Below, in pieces: positions 1 to 11,343 of a DNA stretch of 64,000 nt (within the stretch, counting starts at the first letter, position 1; the number at the start of each line of letters is the position of its first letter). The position numbers and the translations under genes are program-made. This DNA comes from Epithemia pelagica (taxonomy: Eukaryota; Protista; Bacillariophyta). The stretch lies in contig OX337228.1 of the NCBI GenBank assembly GCA_946965045.2, positions 3,968,001-4,032,000 of the forward strand. Reading direction: 5' to 3'. The notes beneath the pieces are model-generated. The model was given only the letters and a program-made list of their open reading frames with translations, made no database searches and was not told the origin of the DNA.

Positions 1-1332
1 TATCTTGTATCCTTCCGGCAAAAACGTGTTGAAGCCCAAAATCAGCTTGTTGTAGCCCCGAAAGAGCTTGCTGACACGTTGAATCACTCCAGGAGTATCC
101 ACGGCTTGGGTTTTGAAATTCTTCATGATTGTCAAAAACTCATTGTAGACACCGGGTTGTGTCCGAAACTCGCGCTTGACATCGTCCAAATACAAGAGGG
201 CATCTTCCACCCGCAATTCGCGCATAATGACGGGGGGAGGAGGTTGCTGTGGTGGTGGTGGAGGTTGCTGTGGCGGCGGCGGTGGTGGCTTGGGGTCTTT
301 GGCCGCCGCAAACACGGGTGGCAGTCCTCCTCCTCCAGCAGGCGGAAGGGGTGCCGACGGAGGGGGAGCAGGACGTCCCGCTGCTAGGGCAGCTGCGGTT
401 GCGGCATGATGCTGTTGCAACGTCATGGATGGTTGCGGGTTGGCAGCGGTCGCCGTCGTTTGCGTAGCAGAAGGAGGAGGAGGTGGTGGTGGTGGAGATT
501 GAGTCCCCTTGGAGGAAGGAGGTTGTGGCGACTGCGACGGGGGCACTGGTCCACCACCACTAGCACGAGGAGGGTACCCTTTCATGCTGGCCAGATCGGA
601 GACGGGAGGAAGGCCTCCTCTTGCGGGTGCCGACGCCCCGGCACTTCCTGGAACCGACAGTGACAAGGCGGGCGGTGCCAAATGCCGTGCTCCATCGGCA
701 TGATGCGGTGGTTCGCCGGCACCACCACCAGCAGCATTCAAGGGAGGATGATAGATCATGGTGGAGGGTGGTTTGTGCTTGGAGGGAGAAAAGGGTTCTT
801 GCGACGACGGTGGCCACGAAGACTCGGCGGTGGAAGTGGGGGCACCCGTCGGAAAGCCATGAGGAGCTGGAGGACCCGTTCGAAATTCTCGTCCTGCTGG
901 TCCTTGAGGAGGAGGAGGTGGTGGTGGCTGTTCGGTCGGTGGTCGACCCTTGCCAGGAGGAGGAGGCGGAGGCGGCGGTGCACTGTCAAAGGAAGGAGGT
1001 GGAGGCGGTGGTGCTTGTCCATAGGCTGGTCCACCATACGGCGATCGTCGAGGGACGGCGGCGGCGGGGTGATGGGTCGGAGCACCTGGGCGCACACCTG
1101 GTTCTCCTGCCGTCGCTGCAGGCCCCACTGCATACGATGGTGGCATGGCAAAAGGAGCATGAGGGGGCTTGCGAGGTTCGTTCAAGGGAGAATGAGAAGC
1201 TCGTGGGGGCGGCGGTGGTGGTGGTGGTTGCGCTGCAGGGGCACCACCACCCCCATGAGCAGGAGGAGGAGGTGCATGGGGCAAGGAACCTTCCGGAGGG
1301 GCACCGGACGCGGGATGGCGATTCGGATCCAT
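1..1332 (-). CDS. SIN3: SIN3-like transcriptional corepressor, 5' part (Pro-rich N-terminus + PAH1 domain); continues beyond window start
   Basis: Manual minus-strand translation from ATG at 1332 ([15 protein letters not shown]...) stays in frame to base 1. It ends in [72 protein letters not shown], a typical Sin3 paired amphipathic helix 1. It is missing from the ORF track because there is no stop inside the window. Confidence 0.92.
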   Translation of the reverse strand, partial: MDPNRHPASGAPPEGSLPHAPPPPAHGGGGAPAAQPPPPPPPPRASHSPLNEPRKPPHAPFAMPPSYAVGPAATAGEPGVRPGAPTHHPAAAVPRRSPYGGPAYGQAPPPPPPSFDSAPPPPPPPPGKGRPPTEQPPPPPPPQGPAGREFRTGPPAPHGFPTGAPTSTAESSWPPSSQEPFSPSKHKPPSTMIYHPPLNAAGGGAGEPPHHADGARHLAPPALSLSVPGSAGASAPARGGLPPVSDLASMKGYPPRASGGGPVPPSQSPQPPSSKGTQSPPPPPPPPSATQTTATAANPQPSMTLQQHHAATAAALAAGRPAPPPSAPLPPAGGGGLPPVFAAAKDPKPPPPPPQQPPPPPQQPPPPVIMRELRVEDALLYLDDVKREFRTQPGVYNEFLTIMKNFKTQAVDTPGVIQRVSKLFRGYNKLILGFNTFLPEGYKI

Positions 1333-2044
1333 GAAACGGCAGTCCGATACTGGTTCTCGTTCACCGTCTCCTTTGCCCAAGAATGCAGTGGCGAAATGAC
1401 AGTCAATCGAGCGCTCTCCCTCTTGTCTTTGGTCTGTGCTGTTCTACCTCTATTGGTTGTGGTTGGTGATCCGATCAAGTACGCGAAGAACAGGCAGTTT
1501 GCAGTTTTGGGAAGAAGGTTCGAAGAAAAAAAAGACATGTGAGTTTTTGAGTCCCAGACACTCATGATTCGGATCGTGATTCTCCACCCCTCGCAACGAA
1601 AAAAAAGTCGTCTCGTGGGGAGGCAAGGGAATCCTCTCGAGAAAAGGATTCGACGGCAAATTTTTCCATTTTCGAGAGCGATTTCCTTTCTTACCTTGAG
1701 ATGAAACAATATCCTTGAAATGCGGTGCAACTTGCGTTTCGGAGACGGGAGGATGGATCACCATAAGCAATCTGACAGGCCGTTGCTTTTGCTTGGGGGT
1801 GCTGTGGTTGTGTTGTATGGACATTTTTTCGAGCTCCTGTTTCGCGCGGTCTCGCGCGAAAGGGACCCGAGACGTCAGCAGCGCGCCAGGCGATCAACAA
1901 TGTGAGCAAGAATGCAAAAGTGATCCACAAGCGACCCAAGGGCTCCAAAAGAAAAATGCGATTCGCAACGCATTTCTCTGCTGTGGGGGTGCAGGTCCTC
2001 CATGACCTTTGCTGCTTGTTTGAGAGACACAATACAAGAGCAGA

Positions 2045-3262
2045 ATGGGCAATTCGTCGAGTGCCACAGGCGGAGCCGGTGAAGAGGATGACGAGGCCTT
2101 GTTGGATCCATTTGACGGGGCGGATACCTTGGGATACCGTGTGTTGGGAGTACAACCCGATTCTCCCGCAAGCAAGGCTGGATTGGTCAGCTTTTTGGAT
2201 TTCTTGGTGGGTGCAAATGGGGAAATGTTACTTGCCAGTGGGGAAAATGTCGAACAAGGAGAAGAATATCCTGACGTGGATTTGCCCAAACTACTGGAAG
2301 CCAACAAGGGAAAACCAATCGAATTTTGTAAGCTGGTAACGCATTAGAAGGATCTACAGAATCGCCACGACAATGCCTGACTTTTGTGTGTTTTTCGATT
2401 CTCCAACACAGTGGTATGGAATATGAAGAGCCAACAAGAACGACTGGTCAATTTGACTCCCGACGATACCTGGGGTGGAGCAGGCTTGTTGGGTGTCACC
2501 ATTCGGCTCGACAATTATGCAGGCGCCGAAGAACGGTTGGTTCGCGTGTTAGAGGTGGATTCACCACAGGCTCCCGCTGCCATGGCAGGATTGGTGCCCT
2601 TTCACGATTACATTTTGGGGACCACCTCGGAAACCTTACAGGACACGGCACAACTGGGAGCCCTTTTGGAAGAACATGTCGACCAAGTGGTGGAGCTCTA
2701 TGTGTACAATAGTCAATCGGATTTGGTCCGCAACGTGGCCTTGATGCCCACCCTGTCGTGGGGTGGACGGGGACTCCTCGGTGCCGCCGTGGGAACGGGA
2801 TATCTCCATCGATTCCCAGCCAAGACGCAGGAAACTACCGGGGCGTCCGTCGAACGCAAAGTACGATATATTGGCACGGTGGCACCTGCACCCAAATCTG
2901 CCAATAGCAGCAGCAGCAGTGGTCCCAACAACGAACAACCGCAAACACAACGAATAGAATTGGAACCGCAATTGGAAATGGAAGTCGTTGCCATGGAAAG
3001 TGATAGCGAACATGATGACGTAGAACCTTCCGCGACAAAATCTTGTGCATCGGAACAACAAGTGAATTCGCAGCCAAATGAACCACCCGTCTCGAACTTG
3101 GAAGGAACAGGGACGGAAGCACGCTCCGAGTCTTTGCCGACTACCGATACAACAGCGGCCTTACCACCACCAGCATCATCATCATCCAATGGTAACGAAC
3201 CAGATTCCACCACCACCGCAGCTGCATTGTTTGCGGGACCTCCCCCTGCAACAGTCTATTAA
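2045..3262 (+). CDS. GORASP: GRASP55/65 family Golgi reassembly-stacking protein (tandem PDZ-like GRASP domain)
   Basis: Exons 2045-2327 and 2412-3262; intron 2328-2411 (GTAAGC...CAG) joins EF|LVWN in frame. N-terminal MGNSSS myristoylation motif; YRVLGVQPDSPASKAGL, WGGAGLLGVTIR and WGGRGLLGAAVGTGYLHRFP motifs. Confidence 0.9.
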
Positions 3263-3352
3263 GCATGATTCTTCAACAATAGTGTAGATTATGGTTTAGG
3301 TCAAGCCTTCATACTACAGACAATCCAACCTGCATGGCAAAAATGATCCATT

Positions 3353-3821
3353 CTATTGGGCTTGTTGCTGTCGGCATTGGTCTAACAATTGTCCTAAGCT
3401 TCCCGTGCGATGAGCATAGTGAAGGTCGTCGTTGCCTCCCACATGAGATTGACACACAAAGATATTGGGTACTGTTCGCTGTCCGGTCTTGGCCATCAAG
3501 GCTTGTTGTAAATGACCTCCATCTGACCTGGTATCCAATTCAATCACTGTAACGTCGTTTACCGCCTTGGATTTCTGGAGATTTCGCAAGAGCTGTTTGC
3601 TCTCACTGCAATAACCTGTCAAAAGTATAGAGAAGGAGCGACACGAGAAAAACTATTGGCATTTGTAGCTCACAACCTGGTTCAGATCTTATCTCGCCGG
3701 CGGACCACATACCACACCATGTTTTGCTGAATACCACCACTTGATGACTCGCCACTTGGTCATCAATGAAGGCAAGCGCTTCGGCATTCGTTTCACCGTT
3801 GCTGGATGGTTGGTTGCCCAT
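3353..3821 (-). CDS. Dithiol glutaredoxin (CGYC)
   Basis: Exons 3821-3713 and 3615-3353; intron 3712-3616 (GTATGT...CAG) splits the CGYC active site. VVVFSKTWC-GYC, RTVPNIFV and HVGGNDDL are glutaredoxin motifs. Confidence 0.9.
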
Positions 3822-4107
3822 GGTCTTTACGTCTTTATGAAAGAATGGAAAAGAAGCACCTCCACACCTCCACGTACGTCGTGCACGACCAAAGAAAGTG
3901 CGCTGAATTTTGGTGGGAGGTTGGCTTGATCTTGCTGCGATGCGTGCGACAGGATCCACGCGGGACCACAAACATTGTTCGGGACTGAAGCCTTATTAAG
4001 TCACGGATACTGTTTACCTCTCCACTAAAATATTTCTTTCACGGTCCTGTCTCATCTCCTCTCATCTCCTTTCATCGTCTCCTTCATATAATAGTAAATC
4101 AGACGAG

Positions 4108-4990
4108 ATGGCTGTCGTAAGTTCTATGGCAGCAAAGTGGATGTAAGACAGATCTACCGGTGGGGATCTCACACCTGTTTGCGATGATTATTGTGTGATA
4201 ACAGGGAAAGAATAAGAATTTGGGAAAGGGCAAGAAGGGAGGTCGCAAGAAGCAGGTGGACCCCTTCTTGAAAAAGGAATGGTACAAGTTGTTTGCTCCT
4301 TCATTGTTTGCACAAAAGGATTGCGGTCGTACTCTTATTACGAAAACACAAGGAACTAAGATTGCCTCGGAGGGTCTTAAGGGACGGGTGATTGAATTGA
4401 GTCTCGCCGATTTGCAAAAGAACGAGGCTTTGGCACATCGCAAAATTAAGCTTTGCATTGAGGATGTCCAAGGATACAATTGTTTGTTGAATTTCCATGG
4501 TATGGATATGACGCGTGATAAGCTTTGCAGTTTGATTACTAAGAAGCAGTCGATTGTCGAAGCCAATGTGGATTGCCGAACAACCGATGGCTACATTGTC
4601 CGAATGTTTTGCATTGCCTTTACCAACCGGCAAGACACTCAAATCAAGAACACTTGTTACGCCAAATCTGCACAAATTCGCTCCATCCGCGCTAAAATGG
4701 TGGCGACCATGACCGAAATGGGAACCAAGGGAGATTTGCGGGCGTTGGTGAAGGAACTCATCTCGGACCACATTGGACAACAAATTGTCAAGCAAGCCTC
4801 CTCCATCTTCCCCATCAAGAACTGCTATATCCGAAAAGTGAAGGTGTTGAAGAAACCCAAGTTTGATGTCACGGAGCTGATGGAGTGGCATCAACACGAC
4901 GAGAAGACGGCTGACACTGGCAAGCCAGTCGAGGGAGGTGAAGAAAAGCCCGCAGAAGAAGGACTTGCAGGTAGTGGTGGACGTCTATAA
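4108..4990 (+). CDS. RPS3A: 40S ribosomal protein S3a (eS1)
   Basis: ATGGCTGTC at 4108, intron 4117-4204 (GTAAGT...CAG), then GKNKNLGKGKKGGRKKQVDPFLKKEWY. The eS1 sequence is recognisable throughout. Confidence 0.97.
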
Positions 4991-5128
4991 GCGTAGCCGT
5001 TTGTCAGTTTACACATGATTTTAGATCGATATCAACTCTACACAGGAATAGGACAAAGAGTGCGGTGTTGAACATGAGGAAAATGTTGTTAAAGTGTTAA
5101 CTTAAGAGGAGAAAGCCAAGAAATGATG

Positions 5129-6238
5129 TTAAAAGAAACTCTTGAAAATAGCAGATCCGACGCGGTACAGCGAAAAGGCAAAGAACCCCATTCTCCATGG
5201 TTCCATCGTTTTCAAATTGGCCAGCGCCAGTTGCCAATCCCAAGACCCTTCGACAGTCTTGCCCATGGAATAGATGGACTGTCCCAGAAAGCCCAATGAA
5301 AGCAGAGAGGACCAGCTAAATCCACCGCCGCCACTCCCCGGAGATGAACTCGAGCGTGGTGGAGGAATTCCTGAATTGTCGACAAAGTCAAATTCGTCTA
5401 TATCATCCGGTGACAGGTGATCGGTGACAGGAGTCTCCTCGGTCACGGGTACCGGCAAGGACGTTCCAAACTTAAGACCCGCTTGACCATCTTCAAATCC
5501 CTTCTTGTAATAGTCTTCTAGCAACGCTCGATCAGCAATCACGTTTCTTTGTGCAACGTGTGGCGGCACCGACGAGGAGGGACTCCACGATGACGCGGCC
5601 TTGCTCGAGGAGGGCGAACGGATCATGGCATTGACAAAGAAAAAGACGACAAGTCCGACCAGCGCCATGGACAGGTACTGATTGTCGGCAATACGTGGTC
5701 CTACAAACGGAATTTGCTCTCGAATAACAGTACGTACTCTCATGGGGAAATTGCGAGCAATGACAGGAAAGGGCGAACCAACGTCAGGGGCAATCACAAT
5801 TCCCACCAACATGAGGAAGGAGACAAGCATCACGATCTTGGAAAATCCCACAAAATAAACGGCAGCAATCAACATGACCAGGACGCCCACGGCGACATAT
5901 TCTGGCTTGACGCCTGTCTTTTGCTGAACCAAGTTGTAATACTCGCCCACTTTCCGTTGAATGTCTGGATGATTCTGAATCATTTCGTACTGGCCCGTCA
6001 TTTGTTCCATCCACGAGGCCTTGAGGAGATTGTCCGGTTTCAAAGACAATTGTTTCTGTTCTTTGGTCGTGTGTACCACATACCGCTCCTTGTCTTCCAT
6101 GTATGCCAAGACCACGGCCAATTGCCCGTTCAAAGTCTCACGCGACGTCCCCGTCACCTTGGCCATGACAGTGCCTGGTCTGGTTCCAGGAGGCAACCAG
6201 CCATGGGGATCAGTAGCTCCTGTAGCAGACGATGACAT
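5129..6238 (-). CDS. Uncharacterised membrane protein with an N-terminal small beta-barrel-like module and 3-4 hydrophobic segments
   Basis: Long ORF; probable ATG at about 6238 (MSSSATG). Contains VTGTSRETLNGQLAVV...ERYVVH...LSLKPDNL and several transmembrane-like stretches. Confidence 0.7.
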   Translation of the reverse strand: MSSSATGATDPHGWLPPGTRPGTVMAKVTGTSRETLNGQLAVVLAYMEDKERYVVHTTKEQKQLSLKPDNLLKASWMEQMTGQYEMIQNHPDIQRKVGEYYNLVQQKTGVKPEYVAVGVLVMLIAAVYFVGFSKIVMLVSFLMLVGIVIAPDVGSPFPVIARNFPMRVRTVIREQIPFVGPRIADNQYLSMALVGLVVFFFVNAMIRSPSSSKAASSWSPSSSVPPHVAQRNVIADRALLEDYYKKGFEDGQAGLKFGTSLPVPVTEETPVTDHLSPDDIDEFDFVDNSGIPPPRSSSSPGSGGGGFSWSSLLSLGFLGQSIYSMGKTVEGSWDWQLALANLKTMEPWRMGFFAFSLYRVGSAIFKSFF

Positions 6239-6369
6239 GTCGGAATACCTTTTACTGGTTTCGACTACTTCAGGGAAGTGTTTTTGAATAATCAATGACA
6301 ACGTCAATGACAAAAAGAGCTTAACAGAAGGAGATGAAGATAGAAATGAGATGAAGAAATGAGACGTTT

Positions 6370-9300
6370 AACAGACGCGACAAAAGAACGACCACATGTC
6401 AAGTTTTCAGCGACAGATCAGCTTCCGAGCTGGAGAACATGCAAGCCGAAAATGTGTCAAGAAACCGAGAAGCATTCCTTTTGTGCAACAACTAGCCAGT
6501 CTCAGGAAACGCAAAAACTTACTTTTGAAGCTGATTTCAGCAGAGAAATGGGGTAAATCCTTTGAATCCGGAATCGCATATACCGCCCGTAATCAGTCTG
6601 TGATCAATATTCCGAACTCTCTCGAAGCCTGCCAGCAAGAATGCAGAGTTGTCCAGAGACAGATACGTGAGATGACGAAAGATGCAGTACAGCGTCGACA
6701 CAACGCTCTGCAGAAAGAACTACAACAAGCTGTTCTTGAGGGGAACAAACAACAATCAAAAGCTTTGAAGCATCGAATCGCGGCAGAACATACCAAAGCG
6801 ATGTACAAAAAGCTTAGACAACGTCGAGGGAACCTGAAAACGGGCATAACCAGACTTGATGTTCCGGCCGATCCTACCACGACTGACTATACGGGATGCA
6901 CGGAGTGGCTCACCATCGATACCCCTGCCGAAATAGAAGAAAGGCTACTCACAAGAAACCAACGCCACTTCGGACAAGCACACAACACCTTTCCCACCAA
7001 ACCACCATTCTCGGAATGGTGCGATTGGGGGGCGTCGACTCATACGGCAGAGCTTATACTAGAGGGTAGTTGGCAACGACCGGAATTGGACAAAATGCAG
7101 CAGTCACTCATCAATCATATGAAGGCCCGAGTTACACTCGACGCTGTTCCTGCTCCTATCACCGTCGAAGAATGGACAAGCAAAATCAAAGCATGGCCAG
7201 AGTCTACATCAACATCTCCGTCCGGATTCCACCTCAGTCACAGTAAAGCATTAGTGGCTTCTCATGACCTAGACACAGCAACAGACGAAGGTCAAGAACT
7301 AGAAGAACAAAGGGAGAAACTGATTGAGTGGCAAGTTGGAGTGATCAATTGTGCACTCGTCAACAAATATTCATACGACAGGTGGAAGCACATTGTTAAT
7401 GTGATGATTCTGAAAGAACCTAATAGTCTACGGATACACCGCCTCCGCGTTATCCATCTTTATGAACAAGACTACAACCTTGTTCTGGCGATCAAGTGGC
7501 GCCAGCTTATACATCTAAACACCAATCAACGAACTCTACATCCAATGCAGTTTGGTGGAGTACCAGGCAGAGATGCCGTTATCCCGACTTTATGCGAAGA
7601 ACTCCAATACAAAATATCAAGAGCTAGCAAGCGGCCACTTGTCCATCTGGACTATGATGCCACTGCTTGCTACGACCGGATTGTCTTATCCTTTGGCAGC
7701 CTTGCGTCTAGAAGCTTTGGTCAACACAGATCAATCGTCTTTATCAACGCAAAGACACTTGAAGAAGCGAAGTATTACTTAAAGACACAACTCGGAGTGT
7801 CCAAACGGCATTATCAACACTGCCAGTTGTACCCTATATACGGCTCAGGACAAGGCGCAGGCAACTCACCTGCAATTTGGTGTGTCATATCAACAATTCT
7901 TTTTGACACATACGAAGATAAAGCACATGGCGCTACATTCAGCAGCCCTGATGGCTCTGTGAAAACTGCCGTGCACATGATCGGTTTTGTGGATGACACT
8001 AGCGGTAGTGTCAACAACTTCTTGCGAGATCACCCCGCATCGCCTGAACACTATATCGCCAAGGCACAGGAAGATGCACAACGATGGAATGACCTGCTTA
8101 GTCTGTCTGGTGGGGCGCTCAATGTTGAGAAATGCTCCTATCACTTTCTCTACTACACGTTCAATGTGGATGGACTTGCATCTTTGCAATCCGGTTCGTT
8201 TGGCCCCCAGATCACAATCCACTTTCATGATACAGAACATTCAACACCAATAAAACAGCTTTCCTCATATCGGAGTCACAAAACGCTGGGCGTGCGGAAA
8301 TCACCACACCGTACAGACAAAGGATTGTACATTGCTCTTGCGAAGAAGAACGCTGCTCATACCTCGGTCATGGCTACTAGTCCTTTCTCAAGAACAGATG
8401 CATGGGCCTACTACCATGCTATCTATCTCCCTAGCATATGCTACCCGTTACCGTCATCCACTCTCTCCGACGCTCACTGCAATGCTCTACAGATCCAGTT
8501 CAAGAAGGCATTTCTACCAAAGTATGGCTTCAATTGCCACATGCCAAACGCAGTTGTCTACGGTCCGACCGAATTAGGGGGGATTGGACTACGCACACTC
8601 TCAGTGGAGCGCGGCATCTCCCAGACTTACTTACTAATGGCATGTCTCCCGGGAGTTCCAGCACAACTTGCTCAGATTGCCATCTCTTGGGCCCAGTTTC
8701 TCGCCGGAACCAGTATCTCAATTTTCGAAGACGTTTCGACGTCACTACCACATTTGGTTCCAATGCAATGGATCCCCCAAGTTCAAAATTTCCTTAAAAC
8801 AACAGACTGCAGAATAGAACTGGAAACAAAGTTTCTTCCTACACTTCAACGTGATAATGATCGGTGTCTCATGGACATTGCGGTCGAATCTACCCAATTC
8901 ACTCCAACCGAACTGGTTCTACTCAACGCATGTCGCATATACCTCGGAGTTACACTGCTCAGCGATATTTCAACCCCAGACGGCACGAAACTCTCCTTAT
9001 TCGCAATCAACCATTGCCACGATGATTTTTCAACTCACCGCGGTCTTATCCCATACCAAGATCGACCAGGCTCCCGTGCTTGGAACCAATGGAACAAATT
9101 CCTCGACCTCGTTTGACAGACAGGAGTTACCCGCTTGCTGATTACACCTCTTGGGTCATGGACTGTCCAAGGGCACAAACTACACCGTTGTTGGAAATAT
9201 CTTGTTGACTGCCCGAGCTCGAAGCTTTATGTGTATGAACCCACTGGCAACTTTCGTCATTACTGGTACCAACACCCACTGTTTCTACCGACGTCCCAAC

Positions 9301-11170
9301 TCTCTTCAAGTGTGCCACCCACAGCAGTGCCTGTTCATGTTAATCAGTCTGGACCTGCATTTTTCATCCTACCTTGCCGTCCTCAAGTACTTACTCCGGA
9401 ACCACCTCAACCACAGACTTTCACCGACTACGTTGCCACTCTTGCACAATGGGATCAACATCTTGTATCCAAGCTTGTACTCTCCTGCTCGCCAGCACAG
9501 ATTCAATCTACTTTCACTACACCGACTGTTTGCCTCTTTTTGTGCAGTGATGGTTCAGCAGCTATGTTCACCGGCACATTTGGTTGTGTTTGTAGTACCG
9601 ATTCAGGAGAACGACTTTTTCATCTTCATGGACCCGCTCCCGGCTACCGTACTTCTTCATTCCGATCAGAGAGTTATGGAATGCTTGCTTTGCTCCGTGC
9701 AGTAATCCATATCACGACATCGTATGGTTTCAGTCTACCTACTCAGCTGATTTTCTATACGGATTCCAAAAGTTTGATCAATACTGTGGAAAAACGACTA
9801 GACTGGTCCTATGACTTCCCGTACTCAACTATGGAAGCTGATTGGGATATCCAGCAAGGCATAAGCACGTCCCTCCGCCAATTCCCTGAGATCCCCAGAT
9901 TTCTACATGTCCGAGGCCACCAAGACCGCTTGCGACCATATGCTACACTACCCCTTGCCGCTCAGCTTAACGTTGACGCCGACCGACTAGCTGACTCATA
10001 TGAGTATCCTTCTTCCATCTCATCGACTCATGCCCCCCTCATCACCGGTGGCCAAGCTCTGCTTCATTCCCCCAAAGGAACTATTAATTCCAATTATCGG
10101 TCCAATCTACGATATCTAGCAACCTGGAAAACTCTACGGCAGTATCTATGCAACCGAAACGAGTGGTCATTTGAAACCTTCGAGTCGATCGACTGGACAT
10201 CCCATGGCCGTGCCATCAAGGCCATTTTCACCCGCTGACAATTCTACATTAAATTTCTCCATGATTGGCTCCCTCTTGGTTATCTCCGTTCCCGTTATGC
10301 AACCTATTACACGGAAACATGCCCCCTTTGCAACCCACCAGTTATTGAGACTCGTACTCATTTCCTTTGTTGTCCACACCGCCACTGGAAAGGACCCTTA
10401 CTCGAAGGATTACAGCAGTTTTGGCGCAAACAACACTTGGATCCTACTTTGAATTTACTTCTCACTGAGATGATTCACTCCTGGCTCGCCAATGTGCCAC
10501 CATCTTTTCCTACTGTGTCACTCCCATACCAATCTTTAATCACACAACAGCAATGTATTGGCTTCGCCCATATCTTTTTCGGCCGTTTCACTACCCAATG
10601 GCGCACTCTACAAGACCTTTACCTGTTTACAACCGACTATCAGTCTCGGTCGGTCTCTGGTACTCATTTCGTCACTGGTACAATCAAACTTATGTGGAAC
10701 CACATTCATGCATTGTGGCTTACTCGAAATCATAACCTTCATGGTGATTCCCCTCAAACAATTGAAGCCGCCTCTTACGCCCAAGCCCAACGTGAAGTCT
10801 TGGCTTTAAATGACCTCCGTACCCGCCTCCTGCCATCCGAACGAGATATTTTCTACTCATCCCCTGAGACACACTTTGCAGCGGAAACCACTGCTGTTTC
10901 CCTGCGTTCCTGGCTCAACACATGGCGCCCTGTTATTCTCAGGGATGCCATCCCACCCTGATCACTGATTTTCACACCTTGTCCCGTTCCCACTACATGT
11001 CCTGTCTCTTTAGTCCTCGCTCTTCATTTTGTGTGGAGCCGGGCGCGTCGGTCGACGTCACCCTAGCGGGTGCGCGCGGCAGCGTTAAAATAGACTGTAC
11101 CTTTTTTTTTGATCAGCTTTTATGTCTTTCGGCGCGGCAGCGTTTAAATAGATATTTCCTTTTTTTTTCG
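6370..11170 (+). mobile_element. 5'-truncated non-LTR retrotransposon (RT + RNase H + C-terminal Cys/His motif), Ambal-like diatom LINE
   Basis: RT motifs RLRVIHLYEQDYN, LDYDATACYDRI, GSGQGAGNSP and FVDD (7986-7997). RNase H motifs SDGS, RSESYG, YTDS, HVRGHQD and NVDADRLA (about 9540-9990). CPLC...ETRTHFLCC near 10320-10375. No endonuclease domain at the 5' end. Both boundaries are approximate, and the clade assignment is from family knowledge. Confidence 0.88.
6396..10961 (+). pseudogene. LINE pol ORF interrupted by two in-frame TGA codons
   Basis: Track ORFs 6396-9116, 9135-10238 and 10437-10961 are all in one frame, separated only by TGA at 9114-9116 and 10236-10238. Confidence 0.85.
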
Positions 11171-11343
11171 TAAATACTAGAGCCGGCGTGACGGATAGCG
11201 AAAGCTAATAGATGTAGGTAGATGGTTCATGTGTCATTTCAATCTGGCTAATGTAGCTTCAGCTACAATGCTTTTGACTTTCGTCCATGCATCCATATTC
11301 ACAGTCGCAGTCTAGGTTAGGAGTAGGAGTAATTCGGGTGCTT

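Noticed and set aside
79-1730. Many plus- and minus-strand ORFs (e.g. 621-1334, 682-1542, 1182-1730)
   Set aside because: They are shadow frames of the Pro-rich SIN3 coding sequence or promoter DNA; only the minus frame from 1332 gives a recognisable domain.
9114-10238. TGA as selenocysteine or a reassigned genetic code
   Set aside because: Host genes in the window end in TGA (e.g. 16221-16223, 55124-55126), and the positions are not redox-active Cys sites.
6300-11230. Target-site duplication around the Ambal-like LINE
   Set aside because: No convincing shared direct repeat was found at the two flanks, so the boundaries remain approximate.
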